64,000 nt of DNA, taken from the NCBI GenBank assembly GCA_963828195.1, contig CAWHDT010000005.1, positions 832,001 through 896,000 of the forward strand, written 5' to 3'. This stretch comes from Candidatus Bathyarchaeota archaeon (lineage in GTDB: Archaea > Thermoproteota > Bathyarchaeia > Bathyarchaeales > Bathycorpusculaceae). Each line of letters opens with the position of its first letter. Within the stretch, counting starts at the first letter, position 1. The position numbers were made by a program, and so were the translations under genes. Positions 38,465-48,293 of this stretch are shown here, piece after piece. Under the pieces are notes generated by a model, which had not been told where the DNA came from, did not search any database, and saw only the letters and a list, made by a program, of their open reading frames with translations.

Positions 38465-38758
38465 ATGAAAATAACCATTGAAACAAATAATCCTGACATT
38501 CCACTTTACAAAGTGATACGATTAATCCATAAATACTGTGACGGAAAAGGCATTGATTATATATCTTCGCCTATGGGAGTTAAGTGCAAGGGATGCAACT
38601 CAGGCTACGTTTCTCTAAGAATAAAAAGTGATGTAACCCTTGTCAAACACTCACGTTGTAATGGTACAGGTGTTGACCGCCAGAATTCCCTGATAGGTGT
38701 TGAATGCCAACCTTGTCACGGAACAGGTCTTGTTCCTAAAAAAATCCTTACCTATTAA
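38465..38758 (+). CDS. Hypothetical protein with DnaJ-like CxxCxGxG zinc motifs
   Basis: CKGCNSG, HSRCNGTG, CQPCHGTG. Confidence 0.6.
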   Translation: MKITIETNNPDIPLYKVIRLIHKYCDGKGIDYISSPMGVKCKGCNSGYVSLRIKSDVTLVKHSRCNGTGVDRQNSLIGVECQPCHGTGLVPKKILTY

Positions 38759-39124
38759 AGGTGGAAAACTCGTTTAGTACAGCTAATTTCCATGTTTCTG
38801 GTTGTCCAATACACTGATTTTATCGCATGATACCCTTTTCCCCTGCTTGCCTTGCTTCTTTATACCCTAATACTCGGTTCAAGTAACCTCTATACCTGAT
38901 TTCAGCCTATTTTACCCTGAAAATAGCCTATTTTTATGAGTATATCCCTTTACTCGTAGGGATATACGCTATACCTTTTGATATTGATACTTATGATACT
39001 TGCGTATATCTTAACGCTGAAAAGGATATGACAATGCCCTGCCTAATCAGGCTCATTTTAAGCAGGGCAGGCACCCGTCAGTCGCCAGGAGGAGGAGGGG
39101 ATTAAAATTTAAATCATAGGCAGT

Positions 39125-39179
39125 TATTTTTTGCGTTTTTCGCATTGGAGGATACTTTTGGGCAGATGAGGCATTCTTC
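39125..39179 (-). repeat. Displaced copy of the 3' end of the zinc-finger gene at 41913-42251
   Basis: First 28 nt identical to 41914-41941; the rest differs by a 2-nt insertion and 2 substitutions. Confidence 0.9.
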
Positions 39180-39294
39180 AAATAAAAATCTACGCTGTAA
39201 ATCATTCATTATTTATGCTTGGTAAGGGTTAACAAAATCTAATAAGTACCTCTTTACCATATGAATAATAAAACTCCCATCAAATGGTGGTACA

Positions 39295-40263
39295 TTGCCA
39301 GTTAACTCAAACAAACCAACCGCTTGGAAAACTGACATTGCGCAGTCGGTTGATTTCTATAATGCTTGGTTTATGAACTTTGCTCCCAAAGCCTATCGAG
39401 ACCAGCGTAAGATTGCGACCAAGCAAGTTGAAGAAGCATTGAAGATTACGACAAATCTTACTAACTTAACATCGAAAGTGCTTATAGATAATCCTTCTCT
39501 TGTAGAAATGTTGCGGATGGTAACTGCTCCACCGATTGCCAGAGATCGTTTAATTGGATTAGCGGAAGTTAAACCAAATTTAGTTGATAGCATAGAAATT
39601 AAAAAAAGATTGCCACCTCGAATGGGCCGGGCAGAAATTGAAAAAGATCTTGAAAAAATCAGTAAATTAATTGTGAAAATGGTTGATAAAGACATTTTTA
39701 TTTGGTTGGCAGATAACTCAAAGCCACAAATTGAACAAGTAACCAGAGCTTCTTTAATTATCGCCGATCGCCTGTGTGGGTCTCAATCTGACCCCATTAT
39801 AAGAAATGCTCAAGAGAAAAGACAATTTCTTTGCATCAAGACATGGCTTGAAAAACGAGGATACCGCGAGGTCAAAACACAAAATCTAACTATAGATAAC
39901 ATGAAAAAGGGTACTTATGCCTTCCGATTTAACGTTTCTACGAAATTAAATAACGGAGAAAGAGAGGTGAATACCTCAATTGACATTGTAATTAAACCAA
40001 AATCTAGTCTTTCCAGCGAATTACCATTGCTGATTGAAGCCAAATCCTGCGGTGACTTTACTAACACAACTAAAAGGCGGAAAGAAGAATCGGATAAAAT
40101 TGCGAAATTAAAAGCGACATATGATAAAGATGGAAAGAACTTCCGTTATATTTTACTACTGTGTGGTTACTTTGATACGCCTTATCTGGGATTTATGGCT
40201 GGAGAAGGATTCGACTGGATCTGGGAGCACAGGCTTGACGATTTAGGGGTCTTTGGAGTTTAG
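39295..40263 (+). CDS. Type II restriction endonuclease, XamI-like
   Basis: WKTDIAQSVDFYNAWF, LRMVTAPPIARDRL, DPIIRNAQEKRQ, D...IEAKSCGDFTNTTKRRKEE, WIWEHR. Confidence 0.85.
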   Translation: MPVNSNKPTAWKTDIAQSVDFYNAWFMNFAPKAYRDQRKIATKQVEEALKITTNLTNLTSKVLIDNPSLVEMLRMVTAPPIARDRLIGLAEVKPNLVDSIEIKKRLPPRMGRAEIEKDLEKISKLIVKMVDKDIFIWLADNSKPQIEQVTRASLIIADRLCGSQSDPIIRNAQEKRQFLCIKTWLEKRGYREVKTQNLTIDNMKKGTYAFRFNVSTKLNNGEREVNTSIDIVIKPKSSLSSELPLLIEAKSCGDFTNTTKRRKEESDKIAKLKATYDKDGKNFRYILLLCGYFDTPYLGFMAGEGFDWIWEHRLDDLGVFGV

Positions 40264-40265
40264 CA

Positions 40266-41803
40266 TGGAAGAACTTTCTGTAAAAGAGCGTTTACGCCTC
40301 AACGCGCAAAGCAATATAGATATGGGTAAACTACACCTCGAAAGAAACAAACTTGGGCAATTTGCAACCCCTTCACAATTAGCCATTCAAATGCTTACAT
40401 TTGCCAAGCAACTTGCAGACTCCGAATCAAAAATACGTTTTCTTGATCCGGCCTTCGGTACAGGTGCTTTCTATTCTGCGCTGTTAAGCATTTTTCCAAG
40501 TTCAACGATCGATGAAGCTGTTGGTTTTGAAATAGATTCGGATTATGTTAATACTGTTAAAGACTTATGGGCGAGCGAAAAATTAACGATTTATACAGCT
40601 GACTTTCTACATTATCCCTCTCCAAAAAATGAGAGGGACCGTTTTAGCATGCTGATTTGTAACCCGCCCTATGTAAGACATCAGCATATCAAGCCAGATG
40701 AAAAGATAAAGCTTAACGAATTAGCTCATCAATCTGCCGGTATTGTGTTAAGCAGATTGGCCGGACTCTATTGTTACTTTCTACTATTATCTCACTCGTG
40801 GATGCGCAAAGGTGCATTAGCTGGCTGGCTAATTCCAAGCGAAATTTTGGATGTAAATTATGGAAAAAAAATTAAGGATTATTTATTGGAACAGGTTAAT
40901 GTCCTAAGAATTCATAGATTTGATTCATCAGAAATTCAATTTGATGATGCTCTTGTCTCTTCTACAATTATTTGGTTTAAAAACGAGGCGCCTCAAATTA
41001 ATCACATGATTAATTTTAGTTATGGCGGAACATTGTTGTCTCCAGCTCATTCAATGCAGATACCTGTAACCAGACTTCAGCAATTGCCAAAATGGTCTTT
41101 CCTTTCAGTTACCTTACAGGACGAAAAATTCACTAAATGCTTAGGCGATTTTTTTAAAATTAAAAGGGGGGTAGCTACCGGTGCCAATCATTTTTTTATA
41201 ATTAATCAGGAAAGCGCTTCAAAATTAAAGCTTCCGTCTGAATATTTGAAGGCTGTCTTACCACCACCTAGATGCCTTAAGACGAATAAAATTGAAGCTA
41301 ATCAATCAGGCCAACCACTTATAGATGAGCAATTGTTTTTGGTTTCATCAGATTTACCTGAGGAAAGCATAAAAATATTATATCCAAGTTTTTGGCAGTA
41401 CTTAGAAAAGGGAAAAGAGGAGGGGATCACTGGTCGATATATTTGTAAGCATCGGTCACCTTGGTATTCACAAGAACGACGACCACCAGCAACATTCCTG
41501 TTTAACATTATAGGGCGATGCAACAATAAGGGACGGAAACCATTTAGATTTATTCTGAACAAGTCTTTAGCTACTGCTACAAATAACTACCTCATGCTTT
41601 ACCCGAAGCCGACCCTTGCGGAGCAGTTTGAGAAGAACCCGAAATTATTAGATACCATTTGGAATATCCTTAATGAGATTCCAACGAGCGAACTTTTACG
41701 AAATGCTCGTACTTATGGAGGCGACATGTATAAACTTGAACCTAGTGAACTTGCCAGAGTTTGTTCAAGTAAATTATCACTATTCTTATCAAAGAAATTA
41801 TAG
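40266..41803 (+). CDS. N6-adenine DNA methyltransferase (gamma/Eco57I-like)
   Basis: GQFATP, FLDPAFGTG, NPPY; C-terminal RTYGGDMYKLEPSEL. Confidence 0.92.
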
Positions 41804-41912
41804 TTTATCCTGTTATTGAACACTAAAGATAAAAATTTGCGCTAAAATCACTTCTCACTGGAGCAGTCTGGGAAGTAATAGCGGTAAAGAAAATAGTGAG
41901 GCAAAATATAGC

Positions 41913-42251
41913 CTATTTTTTGCGTTTTTCGCATTGGAGGACTTTGGGGCAGATTAGGCATTCTTCTTGTGTCAGCATGGTTTCTCCTGGGGCGTGTAGG
42001 AGTCCGCTGAAGTGGGCGCATTTGGCTGGTGAGTCGAAGACTATGGGGTACTCTGTTGGTTTGACGCTGACTATTTTTTGGTTTAGGGTGGCGATTTCAA
42101 GTTTGCTCATGCAGAACGGGCAGGCGTAGTGGGTTTGCCGGGGGATGACTGTGGTGTCTGTTAGCACTGTTGGTTTGTCGAATGTTTTTTCGCATCCCTT
42201 ATAGGGGCATTTTAGTTTTTCTTCGTGGTTGTGCCCGTGGAAAAGCTGCAT
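41913..42251 (-). CDS. Multi-zinc-finger small protein
   Basis: CPYKGCEKTF...YACPFC, CAHF...ECLICPKVLQC. Confidence 0.8.
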   Translation of the reverse strand: MQLFHGHNHEEKLKCPYKGCEKTFDKPTVLTDTTVIPRQTHYACPFCMSKLEIATLNQKIVSVKPTEYPIVFDSPAKCAHFSGLLHAPGETMLTQEECLICPKVLQCEKRKK

Positions 42252-42433
42252 CTCTGTCGCCTCCCTTATTTGTTTACTTCGAGTGTATCAATATTTAATA
42301 AACGTTTCCACGCAGAAACACACCGAGAATACCCGCACAACACAACTACACAAAACAGCACCCGACCACTTCAAACCCAAAACGTCCGTCAAAAGAAAAG
42401 ACACACGCGTCCATAAAACCCAGACGAAGTTCA

Positions 42434-42910
42434 TTGATAGGCAAGCAAGAAGTGCTCAAATTGGACAAACACACTCGCATAGCCCTAATATGCATCATAT
42501 GCGTAGCAGCCGCCCTCACCTCGTCTCTCCTCACAGCGGATTATCTGTACCGCCCGCGATCCAGCGGCGTTCCCGACTCCCACATCCAAGACTTCCCCAA
42601 CGTTGAGGGCGTAACAAAAAACAACGGATACTACAACATCTCCTTAGCATTCATCAACGTAACAGACAATGAAACGCTGGAAAACATCCTGATTAACCCG
42701 CAAAGCAGCAAAACAGTTGCTGACTCAACCTTCTACCTGAACGGCACCGCCATAAGCCAGCAGGACCCAGTTAGCTGCAGCCTAAAGAGCGGCGACAGCC
42801 TCCAAATCAACCTCACTTTGCCCGTCACCGAATTCGCGTCGGGGTCAACAATTACGCTTCAAGTCATGGGGAACAGCTTCGGCTGCGGCAAAGCGGTAGT
42901 GCTCCAGTAA
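42434..42910 (+). CDS. Hypothetical membrane-anchored protein with pilin-like beta domain
   Basis: N-terminal TM followed by a beta-rich domain. Confidence 0.7.
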   Translation: MIGKQEVLKLDKHTRIALICIICVAAALTSSLLTADYLYRPRSSGVPDSHIQDFPNVEGVTKNNGYYNISLAFINVTDNETLENILINPQSSKTVADSTFYLNGTAISQQDPVSCSLKSGDSLQINLTLPVTEFASGSTITLQVMGNSFGCGKAVVLQ

Positions 42911-43094
42911 CAAACCCCGCCAATTAATTTTCAACAAATGTAAACCTAAAGCCAGATTATTCCACACTTTCTTAAAGCAAAACAGCATAAAACACGTCGC
43001 CTATCCACTTTTTCATAATAATTATGAACAAATCTCAACCACCCTTATATCCGCCCACGACTCATTGATATCAAAAAGGAATGGTGGAAAAAAA

Positions 43095-43160
43095 ATGGAA
43101 AAAAATTCCCCAAAGAAAAACCCTCCAAAAGGAGAAATCCTGTATTTCCCGCATGTGTAG
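43095..43160 (+). CDS. Putative 21-aa micro-protein
   Basis: MEKNSPKKNPPKGEILYFPHV; TATA-like cttatat ~45 nt upstream and ggtgg before the ATG. Confidence 0.35.
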   Translation: MEKNSPKKNPPKGEILYFPHV

Positions 43161-43171
43161 GTGACTAAAAA

Positions 43172-43333
43172 ATGATTGCAGAAACAAGCGTCCCTCTGTT
43201 TGTGTTGTGCACAAGCTCGTTAACTGCAGGCTTCATTTACTATAACATGAAATACCGAAAATTCCTCAAAGAAAACGTAGCCCACCAAACCCAACAAAAC
43301 AGGAGTGACCAAACAAAACTCAAACTTCAGTAA
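43172..43333 (+). CDS. Putative 53-aa single-TM micro-protein
   Basis: RBS aggtga before ATG; MIAETSVPLFVLCTSSLTAGFIYYNMKYRKF...; T-rich tracts downstream. Confidence 0.55.
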   Translation: MIAETSVPLFVLCTSSLTAGFIYYNMKYRKFLKENVAHQTQQNRSDQTKLKLQ

Positions 43334-43420
43334 CCCAGCCAAAAAACCCAAAGTTTTTTGAAAAAACCCCCCCTTTTTTTTAGCCAACGCATCGTTTATT
43401 TGAAGTATCTTTCTTTGCGC

Positions 43421-43966
43421 TTATGAGCTTTCCAAGGGGTAAACGTTTTGTGAGAAGCTTGCTGCTAAAGCTTCTGTGTTTTGTGTGCCGAGTATTACGT
43501 ATTTGCCGCTGTTTAGTTGGATGATCAGGTCGGTTGAGTTGGTTGAAACTACGTAGGCTGTTTTTCCGTTTCCAAGCGTGTATGTGCCGATGTTTGTGTT
43601 GCCGATGTTTGTTCCAGCCACTTTATTCAAAGAGAGGTCGCCTGAACCTATCTGTGCCACGTAAGCTGAGGCTATCTCGGTTGATGTAACCTTAATGTTT
43701 CCGGGACCGCTGAGGAGAGGAGTTGCTACGCTCACATACCCCGAGCCTACAGTTATCGTGGAAGCACTGCCAAACGAAGAACTCAGCAAAAGCCCAACCG
43801 CGATAATGGCAACAACAGGGATAACTGAAATAGCGAAGCCTCTAGCCGTTTTTCCTTGACCTACGCGGCGATACAACGCGATAAAGGCTACAACGGCGAC
43901 TGCAGCGATAATTAGGATTATGCTCAGACTTGAGGAGGACTGAACCGTAAACTGTTCAACAGACAT
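43421..43966 (-). CDS. Membrane protein with bacterial PH-like domain
   Basis: Two TMs, then KVAGTNIG...GTYTLGNG...LIIQLNSGKYVILG. Confidence 0.7.
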   Translation of the reverse strand: MSVEQFTVQSSSSLSIILIIAAVAVVAFIALYRRVGQGKTARGFAISVIPVVAIIAVGLLLSSSFGSASTITVGSGYVSVATPLLSGPGNIKVTSTEIASAYVAQIGSGDLSLNKVAGTNIGNTNIGTYTLGNGKTAYVVSTNSTDLIIQLNSGKYVILGTQNTEALAASFSQNVYPLESS

Positions 43967-44007
43967 CTAACCGCTTTAACCTCTCTTCACACTTGATCTC
44001 TCAGGTT

Positions 44008-44538
44008 TTAAGTAGGCGTGGGATATTTGTATTCGTATTCATCTTTTTTCCGTTGGTTCTTGGGCTTTCGGAATGCTCCTAGAAGTGCAAGAATAACTCC
44101 AATAATGATGAAGACTATGCCTGCAAGCGTTAGCAACCCTAATGCAGCTGTTGTTGCTAAGGGCGCATTATCAATTGCTAATCTTGTGTTGGGTTGAGCG
44201 GAGGAGAAGATTACGTAGTAATAGTTGCCTGTGATTGAGGTGTAGGTTTCGGTTCCTGCCACAGATGAGCTGGTAGATAGTGCGTAAGAGCTGATACTAG
44301 TTGAATTAACCAAAGTTAGGTCTTGAGCAGGAACTAATCCGCCGACTGATGGAGGAGACCTCACAATGATTGTTGAAGATGAGTTCAAAAGAATCTCGCT
44401 TGACACGTATTCGCCTGGGTTCGGCTGATTAGAAACTTTTATTGTACTTGTGGACCCTCTCAAACCAATCGCTCCAGACGCAAAAAACGCAATTCCAATG
44501 ATTAATAAAACTACACCTATTATCATGCGAGTTCTCAT
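44008..44538 (-). CDS. Hypothetical membrane protein (N- and C-terminal TMs)
   Basis: Hydrophobic ends flank a beta-rich domain. Confidence 0.75.
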   Translation of the reverse strand: MRTRMIIGVVLLIIGIAFFASGAIGLRGSTSTIKVSNQPNPGEYVSSEILLNSSSTIIVRSPPSVGGLVPAQDLTLVNSTSISSYALSTSSSVAGTETYTSITGNYYYVIFSSAQPNTRLAIDNAPLATTAALGLLTLAGIVFIIIGVILALLGAFRKPKNQRKKDEYEYKYPTPT

Positions 44539-44742
44539 ATGTCATGCCCTCACCTACATCTTCAGGCAAGCTATTTAAGAATGCTGATACCGTTATCGCT
44601 GCATTAAACGCCTATCGCAAATGGATAAGGACCAACGCGGCTCCTTCAATACCAAACTGCCCGCGGAATTCTCGGAAAAACAGTCATTGCTGACCACTCT
44701 ATACCTGAATTATAAAAATCACGAATACTCAGCCGCCTAAGA

Positions 44743-44765
44743 CGCGGCCTGCTGCTTACGAGGCA
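44743..44765. repeat. 23-bp att-like direct repeat of tRNA-Thr
   Basis: cgcggcctgctgcttacgaggca is identical to 45496-45518. Confidence 0.9.
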
Positions 44766-44852
44766 TAGGCCTATGCCATTTGTCTAGGTTATCGTTAGGC
44801 TTATATCGATTTGTATACATATCAGATTATTAGTTTACAGTGTGGTGTGCAT

Positions 44853-45077
44853 ATGGAAACAGAAGTCTTGTCTGTCAGAGTAAAAAAAAGCCTCAAACAT
44901 GAAGCTGAAAGGCTGGGTATTGACATAAAAGCTGCCGTAGAAGAGCGTCTTGAGGAGCTTGTCGAGGAAAAGAAAGCCAAAGCCAAAAGACGCGCGGAAG
45001 AGCTTCGTCGCGCTATGGGAAACGTCACAGTGGAAGAGTGGATAAAAGACGTCAAAGAAACAAGACAAGAAATGTAA
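44853..45077 (+). CDS. VapB/CcdA-like antitoxin
   Basis: VLSVRVKKSLK...LGIDI...EEWIKDVKETR. Confidence 0.85.
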   Translation: METEVLSVRVKKSLKHEAERLGIDIKAAVEERLEELVEEKKAKAKRRAEELRRAMGNVTVEEWIKDVKETRQEM

Positions 45078-45450
45078 GTACCTACTAGACGCATCCTCAT
45101 TGTACCCCCTGCTGCTTTCTGGAGAAGCCTTCGACCTCGAGCAATGTGCAGTAAGTACCCTGACGGAATATGAACTAGGCAACGTACTTTGGAAAGAAAC
45201 AAGAAGAAAGAGAATTGACTTCAAGCTGGCAGCACAAACTTTTTCGGACGCTTTATCAGAACTAAAGAAAATCGGAAACGGCGGTATAGGCGATATTTTG
45301 GTAGTGGCGCTGGAAAGAAACCTTACCTTTTACGATGCCTCGTACGCTTACCTCGCAGAAAAAGAGAACATGGAACTAGTTACCGAAGATGTTGATTTGA
45401 TTAAGAAATGCAGGTGTGCTATTCACCTAAAAGAGATGGAGCTAACTTAA
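45049..45450 (+). CDS. vapC: PIN-domain VapC toxin with non-canonical (ACG) or lost start
   Basis: YLLDASS, YELGNVLWK, LTFYDASY, LVTED. The first catalytic Asp lies upstream of the first TTG (45100). Confidence 0.75.
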   Translation, partial: TSKKQDKKCKYLLDASSLYPLLLSGEAFDLEQCAVSTLTEYELGNVLWKETRRKRIDFKLAAQTFSDALSELKKIGNGGIGDILVVALERNLTFYDASYAYLAEKENMELVTEDVDLIKKCRCAIHLKEMELT

Positions 45451-45470
45451 CGGGCTTGTTTGGTAAATAA

Positions 45471-45547
45471 TGGAGCCTCGAGCGGGCTTTGATCCCGCGG
45501 CCTGCTGCTTACGAGGCAGCCGCTCTACCAGGCTGAGCCATCGGGGC
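45471..45547 (-). tRNA. tRNA-Thr(CGT), CCA encoded, no intron
   Basis: GCCCCGATGGCTCAGCCTGGTAGAGCGGCTGCCTCGTAAGCAGCAGGCCGCGGGATCAAAGCCCGCTCGAGGCTCCA folds as a cloverleaf; TATA-like tttaaa ~30 nt upstream. Confidence 0.93.
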
Positions 45548-45835
45548 GCTCCAATGGCTAATCAGTGAAGCCCAAGTTTTTAAACTTTAGCAAAGCCGAA
45601 CCAAAACATTTCTACGTGGAAATGCATTGTTCTGCATGCAAAAGTGCGCGTGTTCATTCGTTGCGCACCTATGATGAATCATTGTTTGGTGTCTTTTAGG
45701 CTCATCTAGCAGACCTGGGAGAAGGATGTATAAAAAACAAAATCTCCTAAGCGAAGCAAACGTTGAGGTAAGAGTCAATTTTAAAAGACTTAATCACCCT
45801 ATGTTTTAACCTGAAGTTTTAGCGAGAGTGAAGAT

Positions 45836-46864
45836 ATGAGCGACGACAAAGCAAAAAACGCCAGCCCTAACGCAGCAAACACGGGTATAGGTGAGCGAAA
45901 AATAATCGAGATCATCGCAAACTACCTAGACGCCATGCCCAACTCCCCCGTGCCCTTCGGAGACGACGTATCCGCCGTAAACATAGACCAAAAACAAGTA
46001 GCCGTATTGAAAACTGACATGCTGGTGGGAAAAACCGATGTGCCCCCAAACATGAGCCTCTGGCAAGCCGCCCGAAAAGCCATAGTTATGAACATCAGCG
46101 ATTTTGCATCTAAAGGCGTTGTGCCCACGGCGGCTCTTGTGTCGCTTGGGTTACCCCGAGGCCTCATGCCCAAAGACATCGAGGAAATTGCCCGTGGACT
46201 TAACGCTGGAGCACGAGAATACGGCGCCTACGTTATTGGCGGCGACACGGGTGAAGCATCAGACTTTATCGTTGCAGTTTCCCTCTACGGAACAGCAGAC
46301 AAAACCGCGCTGATGCTGCGCAGTGGCGCTAAACCCGGCGATATTTTGGCTGTTACGGGTTTCTTCGGCAAATCCGCGGCCGGCTTACGTTTGCTTATGG
46401 ATAAGCTCTCGGCTTCGGCGGATCAACGTAACGTGCTGTCCAGTGCAGTTTGCATGCCTAAAGCCAGGCTAAAAGAAGGCTTAGCGCTTGGCCGCTCCGG
46501 CGCCGTGTCGGCTTCCATAGACTCCAGCGACGGTTTAGCTTGGAGCCTACATGAAATCGGAAAAATGAGCAACGTGGGCTTTCTTGTTCAAAGTGTCCCC
46601 GTCGCCGACGAAGTACGGCGGTTCGCCGAGTTTAACCATCTTGACCCCATGGAGCTGGCGCTCTACGGCGGCGAAGAATATGAGCTTGTGGTAACGGTTA
46701 AGCCTAAAGGTTGGGTTGACGCGGAAGCTGCGGTTGAAGCGGCGGGCGGATCTCTTTTGCCGATTGGCAAGGTGACTAAGGATACGCAGATGCTTTTGGA
46801 TGTTGACGGCAAGAAACGCGGCATCGAAGCCCGCGGCTGGGAACATTTTAAAACTAAGATTTAG
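45836..46864 (+). CDS. thiL: Thiamine-monophosphate kinase
   Basis: GERKII, FGDD, NISDFAS, IGGDT, IDSSDGL, GGEEYELV, GWEHF. Confidence 0.95.
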   Translation: MSDDKAKNASPNAANTGIGERKIIEIIANYLDAMPNSPVPFGDDVSAVNIDQKQVAVLKTDMLVGKTDVPPNMSLWQAARKAIVMNISDFASKGVVPTAALVSLGLPRGLMPKDIEEIARGLNAGAREYGAYVIGGDTGEASDFIVAVSLYGTADKTALMLRSGAKPGDILAVTGFFGKSAAGLRLLMDKLSASADQRNVLSSAVCMPKARLKEGLALGRSGAVSASIDSSDGLAWSLHEIGKMSNVGFLVQSVPVADEVRRFAEFNHLDPMELALYGGEEYELVVTVKPKGWVDAEAAVEAAGGSLLPIGKVTKDTQMLLDVDGKKRGIEARGWEHFKTKI

Positions 46865-47417
46865 CTTGGCAATCAAGCAGGTAATTGATAACGGTTATGC
46901 ATGAAGCTGCCAAGTAGGGTTGTTTGCCTAAACTGATTTTTTCTCCGTACCTAAGCGCGAACACTTCGGCTTTTTTAGGCAGCCCCACATGGTCACCGAG
47001 CACAAAGACGGCGTCGTTGACCAGCTCTGCTTCAGCAATGTTTTTTCCGCCCTCTTCCAAAACGTACACTCGGCGGCTCAAAGCTTCCTTCTTAAGCAGC
47101 GCCTCAAAACCCATCTTGTCAACGTTGATGCCCGGGTGAGGTTTGCCAGCGATGACTTTTCTTAGGATTTGCTGCCAGGTCTCCGCGTCCGTGCGCACGT
47201 CGTAGACGGTGGCGCCGTCGATTTTTATGTGCAGCGGCGGGTTCGGCGGGCCATTGAGGATGGCGTGGAAGGTTACATCTCGACGTATGCCGTGGGACAG
47301 GAAGAGGCTGGCTTCTATGCATTCGTAGACTATGTCTAATCTCCCCGCGTCGTGCAGGCTGCTGAACGCTGAGCTGGTTTTTCCCAAGCGCGAGAACAAG
47401 ATGAATGCTCTTGACAA
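46854..47417 (-). CDS. trmY: tRNA (pseudouridine54-N1)-methyltransferase, SPOUT
   Basis: AGRLDIVYECI...FLSHGIRRD, FVLGDHVG, ISLG..PYLAASCI. Confidence 0.9.
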   Translation of the reverse strand: MSRAFILFSRLGKTSSAFSSLHDAGRLDIVYECIEASLFLSHGIRRDVTFHAILNGPPNPPLHIKIDGATVYDVRTDAETWQQILRKVIAGKPHPGINVDKMGFEALLKKEALSRRVYVLEEGGKNIAEAELVNDAVFVLGDHVGLPKKAEVFALRYGEKISLGKQPYLAASCITVINYLLDCQAKS

Positions 47418-47492
47418 GGCGGTCACAGTTTACTGGTACGTGAACTTTCCTTAAAGCGCTTTCGAGCCAAAAGTGAAAGCGGACCCAAATCT

Positions 47493-47867
47493 TTACCTTA
47501 CGATGTTGAATAGGACCAGAAGGTTGTTGGTGACGACTACTGATAGGAATATTATTATGCCGAAATAGGCGATTTTGAGTATTTGAAACGCTATTTTGAA
47601 GGAACATGAGTTTTTGTTTGGGGACTGCATGAGGATTTTCTGCGCAAAAATAAAAAGCAAGCCGACCGCAACAGTTACTGATAACTTTAAAATTACAAAA
47701 GCCGGAAGGTTAGAGCTGACTAAACCCGCTAAGACTGGGTTGAGCTCCCGCGTGCCATAGTACAGGGTTCCTATAACCGTGGTTAAGCAATCCATCGATC
47801 CCATAAAGATTAGAAAGAAACTTGGAAGAGCTTGGGTGCTCTGCAAACGTTTTTTCTCCTGTCGCAT
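47493..47867 (-). CDS. Small membrane protein (DUF5658-like)
   Basis: DCLTT...G..ELNP...LKL...NN pattern. Confidence 0.7.
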   Translation of the reverse strand: MRQEKKRLQSTQALPSFFLIFMGSMDCLTTVIGTLYYGTRELNPVLAGLVSSNLPAFVILKLSVTVAVGLLFIFAQKILMQSPNKNSCSFKIAFQILKIAYFGIIIFLSVVVTNNLLVLFNIVR

Positions 47868-48293
47868 TCAAAACTTTTAGCGTGCAACGTCAAGGCTGCT
47901 ATTTGGGGATTCATCGTTTCTTAGAACCAGTTTCGCAGGTTTCAGCGGAGACTGTTGCTGCTCATTAATATGATGGTAGAATGTGTTTTTATACCTTCAC
48001 TAGTCCGATTGAGGAGCTATTAGAGAACGGGTAGCTCGGAAACTATCCAAGCTTAAGCTTGATTTTCGCCATTTTTTAATTATTGTTTGATTGCGAGGGA
48101 CCTTTGGCGATTTGGATACAGCTGTTGCCTATTTTGCCTGCGCTGTTGTAGTTGTGTTGAGCATCTGTTCAGGAGTTGTTTGATTTGATAATGTTTATTA
48201 GCTTCTGAGGCACCCGAACTAACTATATGGTGTCGCACGTAATACGATATGTTGCGTGTGACCAAAAAAATAAACTGCGGGGAAAATTAAAAA

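Noticed and set aside
42225-42606. Overlapping short ORFs around 42225-42606
   Set aside because: They overlap better-supported genes and a divergent promoter region; no motifs.
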